This document shows positions 50,860 to 64,000 of a DNA stretch of 64,000 nt, piece after piece. The DNA comes from Lytechinus pictus (lineage: Eukaryota). Every line of letters begins with the position of its first letter. Position 1 is the first letter of the stretch. Made by a program: the position numbers and the translations under genes. Where the stretch lies: NCBI RefSeq assembly GCF_037042905.1, contig NC_087249.1, forward strand, positions 7,628,001 through 7,692,000, given 5' to 3'. The notes below the pieces were generated by a model. It ran no database searches, had not been told where the DNA came from, and saw nothing but the letters and a program-made list of their open reading frames with translations.

Positions 50860-51815
50860 TGAGCAAGATTTATCCAAGTCCTCTCGTGGCTGAATTCATG
50901 TCCCTGCAAACTCTCGTGAATTGTGAGACTTTGTTTCTCAAAGAATTTAACCACTTTCTCCTTGAGTAAAATTGATTATTTTGTACCATATGAAAGAGTA
51001 AATGTTACTCTTTTATACTGAATATTTCTTTTGAATAAAATATTTTGATAACTAAGTGAATTTTAGGCATGAAAAGATGCTTTTCTTCCTCTTTTTTCTC
51101 TTGCATATTGTGCAAAATTATGTGTTTTAGGCACAAACATTATTTGTATCATCAGAAAGCTCAAACTCTATACTTTCTTACAATTTCACTCTTGATATGT
51201 GGCATCTTTTAGATGGGTAAGCAGCCAGCTTTTTCCACCAAAATGCAAGACGAGATTTCTGAAATTTCTGAGTAGCATAAAATCCAGAGTTCTGATTGGT
51301 TGAATAGTGTTTTCAAAACAACAGGCGGGGGTAATTTGAAGAGATTACCACATGGTGAGTGTGACCTTCAGAGGCCCAGTGTGGGGAACATTGGAATTTG
51401 CGTGGGTGTGTGGTCTCTATGACCAATCAGAGCACAGTATTCTTGTTTTTAAACTGCTAAATGTACTTGGCCTACGAAAAGATGGCTGCTGACCCATCTA
51501 AGATACCTCTTCTTATAAAAATTATATCATATTAAAGCTTAGATCTTCAGCTTTATCATAATCTAAAAATTATTTGGGCCCAACCAGAAATTAAGTGTAA
51601 AAACAACAAGTTTTGTTGCATGAAAATAGTTATTTTGTTTCATGTTTTAGATCAAAAGTTTCACCTATGTTACAAAATCTTTTTAAAAATCCAGACACAT
51701 GACCTGAAAGAATTATATTTCTTCTTTACAAAGATACAAAAAACATGAAATTTGGTCAATATTTAGAGCAGCATTGGCCGAATAAAAAGAGGTGTTATCG
51801 TCCGCACCAAGCTCA
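50860..51815. mobile_element. TTAA-flanked non-autonomous DNA element with short TGAGC termini
   Basis: TTAA|TGAGC...GCTCA|TTAA; only short TIRs visible. Confidence 0.45.
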
Positions 51816-54728
51816 TTAACAATGCAAAAACCCTCTAGTCATGAATATCACTTGGATAAAAGAAGCTACTTTTTGAGGGCTTGCCGACTTTGTGAATCAG
51901 TCCTATGATGTATTTGTATAATTTCCCCCATCCATTTTCAAGTTGAATACAACTTAAGTACTTATGTGACACTCAATTTTTATGCCTTTTTGAAGTCTGC
52001 ATAACTTTCGTGGAATAATAATTTTGATTGGTAGAATACACATTGTAAAAACTTGAGGATTTCATGTTCACAAAGAGCCTTAATATGGATTTCATTTTAT
52101 ATCTTTAAGTAGTTAATAAACCTCAATTCTGTGACCACTAAAATACTATCGAAATTACTTCTTAGCTACAATTTCACAGATTACCAATTTTGCATTGATT
52201 TTGTTTAAAATGTCATAAATAACAAGATAAAAAAGCAATTCACTGTTTTGGTCATGCACACCGGTTTTACTGCAATTAAGTTTGCCCCAAATCTTGTCAA
52301 GTAAAGCCTATAAACATCAAATAATCTTACCAAACTGGATTCAACAAATTGGTCAACAAATTGGTCTACAACATTTTTTATGGAACACCTTGTCAAAGGA
52401 TCCGAAAGGAACGTAATATCTAGGATTGGAAGAGATTAGTAAGTCAAACTTTTCCTTGACAGAAATTCTCATTTCAAATCATCGGGTGTTTACTGTCAAT
52501 TAGTGCAATACCGTTTGGTCCATTCCAGTTGGTCCAATAGACAGATTTCTCTATTACCTCTTTGCCAGCCAGGAGCATAATCAATCCTACAGGCTTTATT
52601 CATTCGGTTTACTGTTAAAAAGGAATTTGGTGTTGTTACCACTTGGTCTAAAATCCACTTGGCCTAATAATCACTCTGTCTAGTCACCAGAAGTGACCAC
52701 TCAGCTAAAAACAAAAAACTTTTTGTTAATAAGAGTCTGAGGACAATTTTTGTGTTTTTAATCATTGAACATGACAATAAAATAATTGAATTAACTCATC
52801 AGGAGAAAATTCTATGCACCGAGCCAACATAAATGCTTAATTACTTCATTTTTTTTTAGACCATTCTTATTGGCATGCAGAGAGTTTCATTTTATTGAGC
52901 GCAGCATATGCCTTCTGCTCGACATGCTAGAAAATGGGTATCATCTATAAATGGAAAATTGGCAGAATGGTACGTGGATGAAAGCTGTGTGCGCTATGAA
53001 CGCCTAGCTTAGCCGGGTAATATAGGAGCGCCTTGAGCACCTAACAAGGTGGATATGTGCGCAATATAGATACCCTATATTATATTATTATTATGAAGCG
53101 TAAGACCAAATGGTGATTAGACAAACTGGTCGTTGGTCTATGAAAATGTGAATAAATCAGCAAGCATTACACCAAAGAGTGCAGATATGATTGTCATTTG
53201 TTTTCTTTCATTTTAGTCATCTATATCTAGTACAATGCATGCAGCACAAGTGTAAATCCATAGCATCACTATACATATAGTGTAGGTTTATAACATAAGC
53301 ACATGGCTGAAGATAATGTGATGGTGGTGGTGGTGATACTGATGAAGATGATGATGATGATAACGATGATAGTGATGATGATGACTGAGATGGTGGATTT
53401 TTCCTGACTGAATGACAGACAAGCAAAAAGTGGTCAAAAGCTGGACGACGCACTCAAAGGGACAAACAACTAATGCCTCAACAAATCAAAGGAGGAAAGT
53501 TATTTCTCTCATCCATTGCTATACCTTTCTAAAAAATCAACCAGTCTATCAGATTAAGTAATAAGAGACTTAGGGGGTGTTGCAAGAAAATATTGGCAAT
53601 CAATTGCAAAGTTGCAAATTCACAATTGATAGATCAATTTTAACTCAAGCAAATCAATACATACTTGTTGAATGCATGAAGCAGACCTGTAATCAAATGC
53701 AAATTGGCAATCAATTATAAGACATGTGATTGATTTTATGACTTAAATTTGCCTTGAAATTGATTGCAAGTTTCTTGCAATGCCCCATAACAAACAAAGA
53801 TTCCTGTACCTTCACCGGTGCATATAACAACTATCAGTTTCTTTGTAGGTTATGTCGGGTAGCAGCGGGTCAAACGGTTCCTTAAAGAATGTTTTGATCA
53901 ATCAACATGAAATCGTATATCGTGAGGTATCCATTAATGGCACAACAATATTGCAAATTAATACTGTCCTCACTGGACAGCCATGTGATTAGGCAAAATA
54001 TAAAACAATGTGAAACAAACAAAACATAAGTGAAGAGAAACTTGAACCCCCCCCCAATAACATGTCCTTTATTTTCACTTTCTTTAAGTGTCAAATGTCA
54101 AAATCTGCATTTAAATGGCGACTATACAATGACAATTACAATAATGTTGTTGGCGACATTAAGAGGTGAAATTAAACTCGTTTAGTATCGTTTGGCATGA
54201 AGGGCTTCAGGAATGATGAATAAAATGAGCTGCTTTCTATGCACACTGTCAGTCAGATCAATTTCACTATCCACGGAGACGTCAAAACTTTGGTGGTCCT
54301 GCGACAATCGAGATATGAAACGTTCTTCATGCTAAAAGGTTGTAACTGAATGGAAGCCACGTGCGAAGGGATTTCTTTCATAGCCACCTGGCTCTTTGTC
54401 ACAAATTCTGAGTGACTTAAAATAGCAGTGTGGTGGACAGACTCTGAGAATGCTTCGAGAACTTCGGAGGTCATCTTCAACGGTGACGTGGTCAATGATC
54501 TTACTCGTCACAAGCAAGTGAAATAACTTTACTATTAAAAGGACTTCATGTGCATCTTGTTCCACTCACTGGCCAGTGTAGTAATTTAAGGGTTGGTCTG
54601 CTGGATCCTACAGAGAGAGGGTAGAGGAATTGGAGCCTCCTAGTTGAAAGACCAACAACAGAGGGCGCCGGTCAGGTCTGGAATGAATTGCAGCTTTGGT
54701 AGGACCAGCAGCAGACCAATGACCAGTA

Positions 54729-54839
54729 CTATAAATCCTCCTTCTGTCCCCTGTCAGGCGATGATGATGATTCGCTCCGATGTGGTGGATTTGAATTTTC
54801 AGATGACTTCGTGTTCAGGTGGTGTAATGACGACTGGAC
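54729..54839 (-). CDS. GRAMD2-like terminal exon (VQSSLHHL...QKEDL*)
   Basis: Polypyrimidine cattcag acceptor; TAG at 54731-54729. Confidence 0.78.
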   Translation of the reverse strand, partial: VQSSLHHLNTKSSENSNPPHRSESSSSPDRGQKEDL

Positions 54840-57800
54840 CTGAATGATTGAAGAAAAAAAGTAAATACGTTTTTCTTGCATGGATTGTATCTTAATGTGA
54901 AAATCATGCTCATGTGTGTATTATGATTATTTCAGGATTTTCAAATAAGACTTATAAAAAAGATTGAAACCAGAGGTTTGGCTTGAAATGATTTACATGA
55001 AAACCAAAACAAAACTTAACCCATGATGACTATTTCAACACAGTAATGATACATTTACAGGGGTGTGAGTGGTCACAAATAAAAAGATCTGAAAAAAGCT
55101 GAAGAGTGTTGAAAGTGTGAAATAGAAAGAGCTCCCATACTTTTGTACAGAGGAAGCCAAAAATAAGCTGAAATTAAGCTGAAAATCAAACAAACAAAAT
55201 CTGAATAACTTAAAATCTGAACTCTCACACCCCTGCATTTATCACCCTTTCAAATTATAATGCAATCTTTGTTTCATTGATTTCATCATAAACAACCATA
55301 TTTACCATGGTATCAATTGTTAGAAGTTTACACGAACACATACCTGTAATAATGTCTTGAGATTGGCTGAAAGTGTGTCCTGTATATGGGATACTTTCTC
55401 TTGGTGTTTATGTTGTTCTGATAGAAATAGATTCCCAATATTATCCATACTGTTGAAAGATAATATCAAAATAGGTCATGTACAGTTCTGAAGAAACAAA
55501 TAAAATGCTTGTTAACATTTATAAGACCATCAATTAAACGGTTTGGAGATGATCACTCTAATGGTATTTACAAAGGCTGCAGTGTTTTATGAACCTGCAT
55601 ACAGCTATGCATAGAATATTGCGATAGCTTCATGATTCAGCCCCCTTCCCCCGCTCAAGAAAAACCTGATGAAGGCAGTATTTCAAGTAGGCCACAAACC
55701 TTTATTTCTTATTTTAGAGCAGAATATTTATTTCATGTAAATATATTATGCATTAATTATTATAATCAATGGAAATCATACAATTTTTCAAAAAATAATT
55801 AGGCAATTTCATAGATTATGCAATGGACGAGATGCATGCCAATTTTCAGCACAATCATAAGTTGGGCCTGGGAGGCCCTCCCCGGCTTTATAAATTACCA
55901 AACTAGCCCGACCCAGTTAGGGTAAATCAACTTGAAATTACACATTAACTTCTTGATTACGTCAGAGCCCCCATTCCCCAACCCCCAACTACCTCCTTCC
56001 CCCTCAACATTTGCATATATATGTCAATAATAAGCCCATCTTTTGCCCCAAAATACCCATGATTACTCTGACATCAGTAGAAGCTGTTATGTCTACATGA
56101 CTTGTAAACCTAGAGCTTTGAGTCCTATATTCTAGGGACTTACTTTTCAAGGTGGACGGACTCATGGGCTGATGTTTGCGATGGGGTGGCCATGTGTGGT
56201 TGAAGCCGCCAGATCCTGATGGAGAGTACTGCTGCTGAGAAGGTCAGGCACAAAAGTCTGGGGGAAAAAAGGAAGCCAATTTAAAAAAAAGATTATATTA
56301 CGAAGTATGAGGTGAACAAGCAAAGCTAGCACACTCTTAGGGGGTGTTGCAAGAAAATATTTGCAATCAATCGCAAACTAGTTCACAATCCTTGTTGATA
56401 AAAGCAGATGAGCAATCAATAGCAAATTTGCAATTAAAGAGGGAGTTCACCCTGAAGAAATGTTTGTTGTAAAAATAGCAGAAAAAATATATTGGCCAAG
56501 GTTTGAGGAAACTCAATCAAAGATTAAGAAAGTTAGTAGAATTTTTAGTTTTTGATTTGTGACGTCACATACGAGTAGCAGCCCCAAATATTATGTAATA
56601 CAAAATGCATAAATTTCAATTTCTAATGGTTCATGATGACCCAAAACCTGCCAAAATATTCTTTTTTTCAGGAGCGGTGGTGAAATAACTTGTCTGTTGA
56701 TAAAAACCATTTTCAATTTTTGATAAATTGACATTTCATTGATTTTTCTAATTCATGGTACATGGTGAGCTGCTTGCAAACGACGTCACAAATTTAAAAA
56801 AAAGAAGAAAATTCGAATAACTCTTTGAATCTTTGATGGATTTTCCTCAAACCTTCACCAATCATTTTTATTTCTTAATGCTATTTTTACAATAAACTTT
56901 TTCAGGGTGAACTTCCCCTTTAAGAATAAATACCAATTGTTGTAATGATTTCAAAATGAGTTCAAATAGAATGCAATGAAAATACCACCATAAGGTATGT
57001 ACATGTACACATAAAAAATATGTATCAAATAGCTCTGGAAGAAAATGCGTAATTCCTGTGAAATTAGCAAAATAAGCACACAATTCCATCAAATGTCTGG
57101 TATTTTTCAAAGCAATATTAATACATTGTCTCACATATGCTTTTCTGCGTTAAGTGATCATCAGAATTATCGATTTTTGAGCTATGATTTCATGATTTTA
57201 CACAGATAAGTTTACATTCATGTACCAGATCTAGATGTAAGATAATACTTTGACAATTAACCTTGATTTCAAAGACTGTCTCGTGAAAGAATTGTTTGCT
57301 GCAACTACTGTCTTTTACCTTTAAAGAACAACTTCTGAAATACTTACAAGATGCCAATAAGTAGTAAGAACGGTTGATATTGAGGTAGCTGCTTCAGGGA
57401 GTTCCCTAGCCTTTTAATTGATTTGAATATGCTGACTGAACATAACACTGCATAAGAAAATAGGGATGAGAATTCAATGGTTAATACTCTTCATGGCCCT
57501 GCATTACAAAGAGTAACAATTGATCCAATCAATCGTAACTCTATGGAAATCCATCAGTGTCATAATTTTTTTCTACAGGAAATTTGCTGAATGTCCTTTG
57601 TAAACAAAGAGAAGCACAGTGACTCTTCAAGAAGACAATGAATGCGATATACACATCATAGTTAGAAAATATTTTGAACAAACATGCATTATGTAGATGT
57701 TGATGTTGCTGGCCATCCATAGTTGCGATTGATTGATTTCATTATCCAATAATGTTGAGGTTTAGGGCTGGGGTTTACTGTCAGGTATAATGTTGGGTTT

Positions 57801-60800
57801 TTACTTTAGGCTTAAATGTGCGCAAGTCATTTTCCACCAGAGCAATTGCTGCTGGAACAAATGCCACAGAAAGGTAATGAAAATATAATTATTCAAAAGA
57901 CATTGGAACAGACTTCAACAATAAGCAAGTGTACTGTTCAATGTCTCCAACATAGGATATCTTTTTCACTTGACCATCCTACCCCTTGACAGATTTGTCA
58001 AGGATGATAAATAACAATGATAATAATAAATAATGATGCAGTTCTTGTATAGCACATATCACATTATGATGTAACGTCCCTATGCACTTCCAAAGGACTT
58101 GGATATTATTACGCTGGCTTTAGCCCCGCAGCCTTTTACAGCGTGGTGGCAATTCAAGGAATAAATTCCTGCCAGGTACCCATTCACTTCACCTGGGTTA
58201 AGTGCAGCACAATGTGGATAAATTGAATAGTGAAGGATATTACGTAATGGCTGGGATTCGAACCCACGGCTCTCCGTTTCAAAGTCAGAAGACTAATCCA
58301 CTGTGCGACAACGCTCCACAAGAAAGAAACCAATGGCGTGAATGGCCTGCCATAGTTTGGGAATCCAATAATGGGATTCTAATCAACATCTGTCATTGGA
58401 AAACACTCCCTCATCATAACAACCTCTAATTCAATGTCTTCGCATCAATCCCAATAAAGGTATTTTGAAGACAGGGTTGGAGGATGTAAAGTGCAGACGT
58501 ATTTGGAATTGAATCAGTTGAGTAAGTGGGAGTACGACTCTACTTTTGTATGGAACATGGGTCTGGTTTACTTATCAGCGAAGTTGGCGTATATGACATT
58601 TCTCACCAGAGGCGTGTTTCACAAAAAGTGTGACTTAGTCACCGCTCTCATTATACTTTCTAAAACTAGTTTACTGGAAATCGGTTCAGGAAACCAGTTT
58701 GGAAGATCGCTTTGCTAGCGTTCCCATTTGATCACCTGAAAGTGGTTTTCAAAACCACTTCACGTAAAGCGTTCTTGTTGCTATGGGAACACTCTCAGTG
58801 GGGTGACATGTTTCGCGAAAAATGTGAAACCACAGCGTAGGCATTCCATATACAGTGTGTGGAGTAGCGTGCTCAAAATGTGCGAAGATCGCTTCCCGAA
58901 GAACGGTCGTGTCCTCACTTACGCTAAAACCAGTTTAATGAGACAAAGCGATCTTAAAAACAATATCGCAATGTAGTTTTTCTGAACCGGTTTGGAAGAT
59001 CGCTTCCGAGACCACTTTGACCGCTCTCATTACACGTTAAACTAGTTTCCACTAAACTAGTTTCCAGTAAACTAGTTTTAGGACAGTAGTGAGAACGTTG
59101 TCTTAGAGTCATGTTTAAGAACGAATGTGCACATATTTAACGCCTAATCTGATCGATGGATACGCAGTAGCGTACATGTATGTCCTGTCCGCATGATATG
59201 TCTAATACGGGCATGCGTTATTTACCTCACACAACTGAAACTTAAGTGCGACTCTAAGTCACATTTAAATCTTGTGATACCCCCAAGAAGTTTGTACAAC
59301 CTATGGACCTATTCACCTGAAGCCATTGTAGAAATATATTAATACAATTCAGAAATATTATCATGTGATCATGCAACTACAATAATAATAATGATTCTCA
59401 CTTGTTCTACTACTAATATATAGGCTACACTTAGTCGCTTTCATTAATGATTTGTTTTACCTTCCTTTTTCACTCATCATCCTCCTCTTCCTGAACTGAG
59501 TATAAAACTTGTCAACTTGACTTACTTTGTATTAATAAACAGTTTCACTTAGTTTTTTACTTACTTCATAGTCTATTCTACCTGGATGGAAAGGAATTAT
59601 AGCCTTATCCTCCTCCTTTGCAATTAAAGCTAAGTCTTTTCTTTCAAAGCTAGCTAAAGGCAATTCCCAAGATTCTATCATAAATTATCAAAATTTTGCC
59701 ATTATCAAAATGACAGTAAAGAACACATGTCTATAGTTTAAACTATACAATCTTTTATGACTATGTTAATTCTTGGAAGTTCATACACATCCTTCTCTTT
59801 TTTTCTTATTAGTCTTTTGTAATGAAAAAAAAGGCTGTCCTTTCAAGGAAACCATTATTTACAAGATGGCAGTATTCACATTCCCATTAGTAATTGTCTA
59901 TATTTTGATATCATCACTAAAAACAAACATGACCAAAAGTCTAGTTTTTAATAAAGCAATTCATTCATGATTGTTACATTTCAAATTTATTTTCCTTGAT
60001 GTCACTAGCTATTCCCACTATGTATTGATAAATATTTGTAAATTTTAATGTTATGATATGAGGAAATAAAATAAACTATAAAATAAATCAATTCAAATTT
60101 ACCAACCAAGTTGTTACAGGGTAAATGCAGAAGAAATGGTAGCCCCCCCCCCCTCCTCCATTTTCACAACCAACCTTTTTTATTGTTTGGAAATATTCCA
60201 GAAAATCTACTTCTATTGTGCTTCAAATTATCCTTCAAATTGTATCTGCACAAATGCAACGATGATCAGCTCAACAGTCAGCTCCCTCAATTATATTGTT
60301 GAATATTATATCATTTCTTGCCACATTATCAAAGATAGAATTCCCTGTGATGCCATGAGCAAAATAATAATAATAATGGTAATATCTATTGACCTTAAAA
60401 ATAAAAAATCAAATAGCATTTCTCTTCAGTTATTCAACTGGTTAGATCTGAATAAACTTCGTCTTTTGCAAGTGCTGTTACAATATTTCTTAATTTCCAA
60501 GTCATGTTTGAATCGAATACCCTTCTTTTTAACAAATTAAACATGATATGATTTCACAATAATACATAACATATTTTCCATAGCTCCAATCCTGGGATAT
60601 CTCCAGCATTGGGCTCAATGGGTTGATAAGAGTCAGATATAATTGCAACAGCTTCGTGGGCAAGAGGTTTTTTTTTAATGTGGTGATGTGATGAGTAAAT
60701 GGATCTATTCAGTGAGTGGGTGTGTATGCTAATTTGATCAGAACCTGACTTTCAATATTCCAGGGGCCTGTCTTACAACTATGGAATGCCAGCAAAGTCA

Positions 60801-63608
60801 ACATATACAATGCATGTTTGCTCAATTTTTTTTCTAGATATGAATGTATATCCATAAGTTCATTGATTTCTTGACAGTTCGGTGTGTTCTCCTTTGTTTA
60901 CAAAGGACATTTTGCACATTTCCTGTAGAAAAAATTATGACACTGATGGATTTCCACAGAGTTGCAATTGATTGGATCAATCGCAACTCTTTGTAAGACG
61001 GGGGCCCTGGTTTTCACTAACTGTATCATTTTAATCTGTTTAGCATCTGTCTGAGCTTAAATGAGTAATTATATTATTGTATCTCAATGAGACATCATCT
61101 CACCAACATCAGTGGGGTGGTGATGTGTGTGTGTGTGGGGGGGAGTAGTTAGTCCGATCACATTAGGTGCTATCAAACCCACCAGATTACGCAAAAATTC
61201 TCATGATAAACTGACAGGCCTGAAAAATACATGTACCACCTGATTTTCACCCCCTTAACCAGATAAAATGTTCCTTTAATCATAAACCAACAAGAAAACT
61301 GCATTCTTATACAAAGGATGCATATTCTCCTTGCTTTACATCTACATGTAAAGTTCTTGCCATTTGCTTTCGAGCTGCAAAAATCCCAGCAAATAGAAAA
61401 CGTTTTGTGAAAGTACTCCTAATTTTGAAAAATAGATTTAAACCTGCAGGTATTTTCTTACAGGGTTTATTAAACGTTCTGATTTTCACACTGTGGTATA
61501 TTCTGAACTGGGTGGAATTCCTGATCAGAAAAATGCTAGTTTTTTTTCTGTGATCAGGTGCACATGGTAGCACCTATCGGTACATGTACATCTGGTTTTG
61601 TTTGATCTAGTACACAAGTTTAGATGATATCTATGCATGCATATACCACAGTACAGGGTTTGAACTTCAAGGACAAGTCCACCCCAGAAAATATTGATTT
61701 GAATAAATTTTTAGAGAAAACTCAAACGAGCATAATGCTTAAAAGAGATATATGCACAATTCAGTCACATGCAAATGAGACAGTCGATGATGTCACAGTT
61801 TCTTTTGTTTTTAATTGTTTGAATTATGCAATATTTCATTTTTTACAGATTTGACAACAAGGGCCAACTTGACTGAACCATATATCAAAATAATTCCACA
61901 TGTTCAGACAGGAATGTATCTTTGTTTCACTTGACAATAAAGAGAAAAATATAATATTTCATAATTCGTATAATAAAATACAAAGGAAATAGTGAGTGGA
62001 TGACGTCATTAGTCTCCTCATTTGCATACTGACCAGGATATGCATATTGAAATCCAGCAAATCTTTAAAATGTTGTATCTTTCTTATTTTACATCCGATT
62101 TTGATGAAATTTTCAGTGTTACGCTCAATGGATTTTTCTCTTTATATTCAAATCAACTTTTCGTTGGGGTGGACTTGTCCTGAGCTGAGAAAACTATGAG
62201 ATAGTGAAAGATAATGCAGAAAGTATGACATACAATCTCATGCAATATTACTTCCCAACATTTAGTCGAAGTATGATTGATAGGAAACGTAATCCGTATC
62301 ATTGACTCGGAAAAAAATTTCTTTTATCTCTAATTTGATCTGTGGTGAACATTCAGCATGCTTTATAAGTACATCTACCGAGAGATGAAAAGCAACGAGA
62401 CAACAACCTTAATCCTGTAGAATGAATGTACAATTATACAGATTATAAAGATTACATCTGTGCTGGTTGCCATAGTAACTTAAGAGTCAAGGGTGTCTCA
62501 GGTTCTTCCAGACAAAGTATTTTCTGAGAGAAATTCTGAACAGCATATCCAAGATTCTTTTGTCACATGTTAAAATCAAAATTGAAGAGGACCCCCCCCC
62601 CCTCCTGATATTATGGGTATACAAATAGCGTAAAGCTTGTGAGTGGCTATAAAATGTACACTTGGTGGTATTCATCATATGTGATAATCATGAGGCTCTC
62701 ATGACACCAAGCAATTTAACTTTTTTTAACTTCACAAAGGGTACATTAATTAACACTGATATCTAGAATTACGGAAAACAATCCACCTACTTGAATAATT
62801 AACAGAGGCGCAGTAAAAAAATGTGAGAAATTACCAAATGACTTGTTTACAATCGGAAAAAACAAACTGAAAACAAATACAAAACAGAGTGAGCACATAT
62901 AATGTTGTTGCACATGCAATGTAAAAAAAAAACTGTTCATTTAATCTTGCTTTTTTTCTTCTATCCATCTCAAGAAGTCTTGGGAAACTTCACCCAGTGT
63001 ACAAACAAATACATAATGCATTGTGAAAACAAATTGTTTAATTGATCTTGCTTTTTTTCTTCTTTCCATCTTAGGAAGACGAGGGCAACTTTACCCAGAG
63101 TAATCGTCACCAGATTAACGAGTGATTCACGACCTGATGTAGAGCCTTTTGAAAGTCGTACACTAATTTCCAATTACTTGATTATGGCAAGCTAAAATGG
63201 ATTTCCAATAACTTTTGATCTGATCAGGTTATTTTTCGAACAGCCAAATTCAAATAATCCTTTGAAAAAGGAAAGTAATGCTTTTCATATTTTTGCCATA
63301 ATTTCATCCATATGGACCTATCATTTCATTGGAAATACAATCATACTAGATTATAATTTAAAAAAAAAATAATTCCGGGTAAAATTGAGATACCCCTTTT
63401 GGCACTTCATAATCTAATAATTCCCAATTTCATGCATAAGTTTACATATAGCACTGTTAGGACTCACTTTGACTGAGCTGATGATGGTAACCTGTATGTG
63501 ACCGGTGGCCGAGGTCGGGCGAGTCACCCATGGAATGTGATTGGTCGGAGGGCAGGTGTGGTTGCCGCGGGCTACCTTGGTGAGGGTGAGACCCACCCCC
63601 ATATGAAT
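54729..63608 (-). CDS. 3' portion of a GRAM domain-containing protein 2-like ER membrane protein (GRAM domain would lie beyond the window)
   Basis: Exons 63608-63468, 57447-57348, 56257-56144, 55449-55344 and 54839-54729 splice in phase. They give a Ser/His-rich linker, TM PFLLLIGILLLCLTFSAAVLSIRIWRL, and helix IQDTLSANLKTLLQVQSSLHHL resembling the GRAMD2B C-terminus (from memory), ending QKEDL*. The exon structure is solid; the family call is moderate. Confidence 0.7.
55344..55449 (-). CDS. GRAMD2-like exon (MDNIGNLF...LKTLLQ)
   Basis: ttcaacag acceptor, GTATGT donor, phase 2-0. Confidence 0.8.
56144..56257 (-). CDS. GRAMD2-like exon (LLCLTFSAAVLSIRIWRL...VHLE)
   Basis: ttcccccag acceptor, GTAAGT donor, phase 2-2. 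Confidence 0.8.
56438..56919. mobile_element. TTAA-flanked Kolobok-like MITE (relative at about 20676-21490)
   Basis: gagttcaccctgaagaaa...ttttcagggtgaacttcccct TIRs. Confidence 0.7.
57348..57447 (-). CDS. GRAMD2-like exon (LCSVSIFKSIKR...FLLLIGI)
   Basis: ttatgcag acceptor, GTAAGT donor, phase 1-2. Confidence 0.78.
58015..58320 (-). mobile_element. tRNA-derived SINE
   Basis: B box GGGTTCGAATCCC on the minus strand; core shared with 19690-20140; ATT tail. Confidence 0.8.
58607..59285. mobile_element. Harbinger-like MITE with a second inverted-repeat element nested at about 58638-59103 (host family also at 45799-46012)
   Basis: gtgtttcacaaa...ttgtgatacccc host ends; inner ctctcattatactttctaaaactagttt / aaactagttttaggacagtagtgagaacg. 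Confidence 0.7.
60762..61009. mobile_element. Harbinger-like MITE (others at about 4781-5030, 10244-10386, 19459-19641, 20912-21142, 44338-44520, 53572-53787 and 57495-57735)
   Basis: GGGGCC-type TIRs with CWG or TWA flanks. Confidence 0.7.
63468..63608 (-). CDS. GRAMD2-like exon (SYGGGSHPHQGSP...HQLSQ)
   Basis: ttcttgtcag acceptor, GTGAGT donor, phase 1-1. Confidence 0.72.
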
Positions 63609-64000
63609 CTGACAAGAAATGGAAATGGAGTGAATGTGGGATGAGAATGGTGAAAGCTTGCAAGGTTTGACGCTGCTAGTTCAAAGGCACACTGCAGACA
63701 GATGAATGGTTTTTATGAGGATTTCTGACAATTCAACCCCCATCTCATCTCTCATTCTACTTTCATTCTGCCGCTGAATCCCTACAGGGCCTGTATCACA
63801 AGCTCAGTGCTTTGACTATAAAGTAGCGATTCCTTGCTAGAAAAATCAGCCACTTTCACAACACTTTTCAACCTGCTGTTCAAACAAACGAGGTACTTCA
63901 ATTTGTTTTTAGGTTATATTAAACTACCACTGGGTAGTCATGTAACAGGACGTTTCGGAGTCCTGTAGGACACACAACATTTTCACCTTTTATTCACCCG

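Noticed and set aside
54253..54565. Minus-strand ORFs downstream of the KEDL stop
   Set aside because: No splice support or homology; stop readthrough would end after about 18 codons. Treated as 3' UTR.
59582..59653. Possible 72-nt phase 1-1 cassette exon in the GRAMD2-like gene (also an open stretch at about 60550-60744)
   Set aside because: Weak splice sites, and the flanking exons already join in frame; needs RNA evidence.
62930..63105. Two-copy local duplication of about 100 bp
   Set aside because: Diverged intronic duplication with no coding or structural signal.

Overview
AT-rich, intron-containing animal genomic DNA, probably an echinoderm such as a sea urchin (inferred from repeat families and GPCR type; not provable here). 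All splicing was done by hand. (1) A complete minus-strand MFSD12-family MFS transporter: 11 coding exons, 22699->3202, 1803 nt = 600 aa + stop, all intron phases consistent. It has a probable non-coding first exon ending at 31056 and adjacent M-box and CLEAR motifs. (2) Two tandem single-exon class A GPCRs on the plus strand: 39145-40224 is intact; 42700-43792 has two +1 frameshifts. A CR1/L2-type LINE relic lies between them. (3) The last five exons of a minus-strand GRAMD2-like ER membrane protein (63608->54729) ending in KEDL; its 5' part is beyond the window. The rest is dense non-autonomous DNA transposons (Tc1/mariner-, Kolobok-, piggyBac-, hAT-, Harbinger- and Sola-like), tRNA-derived SINEs, LINE tails, a Penelope relic with a degenerate hammerhead-like motif, and microsatellites. 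No clearly new multi-gene system is evident. The best leads are regulatory and trafficking signals, the GPCR duplicate divergence pattern, and several structured repeats. Most short ORFs in the supplied track are noise.
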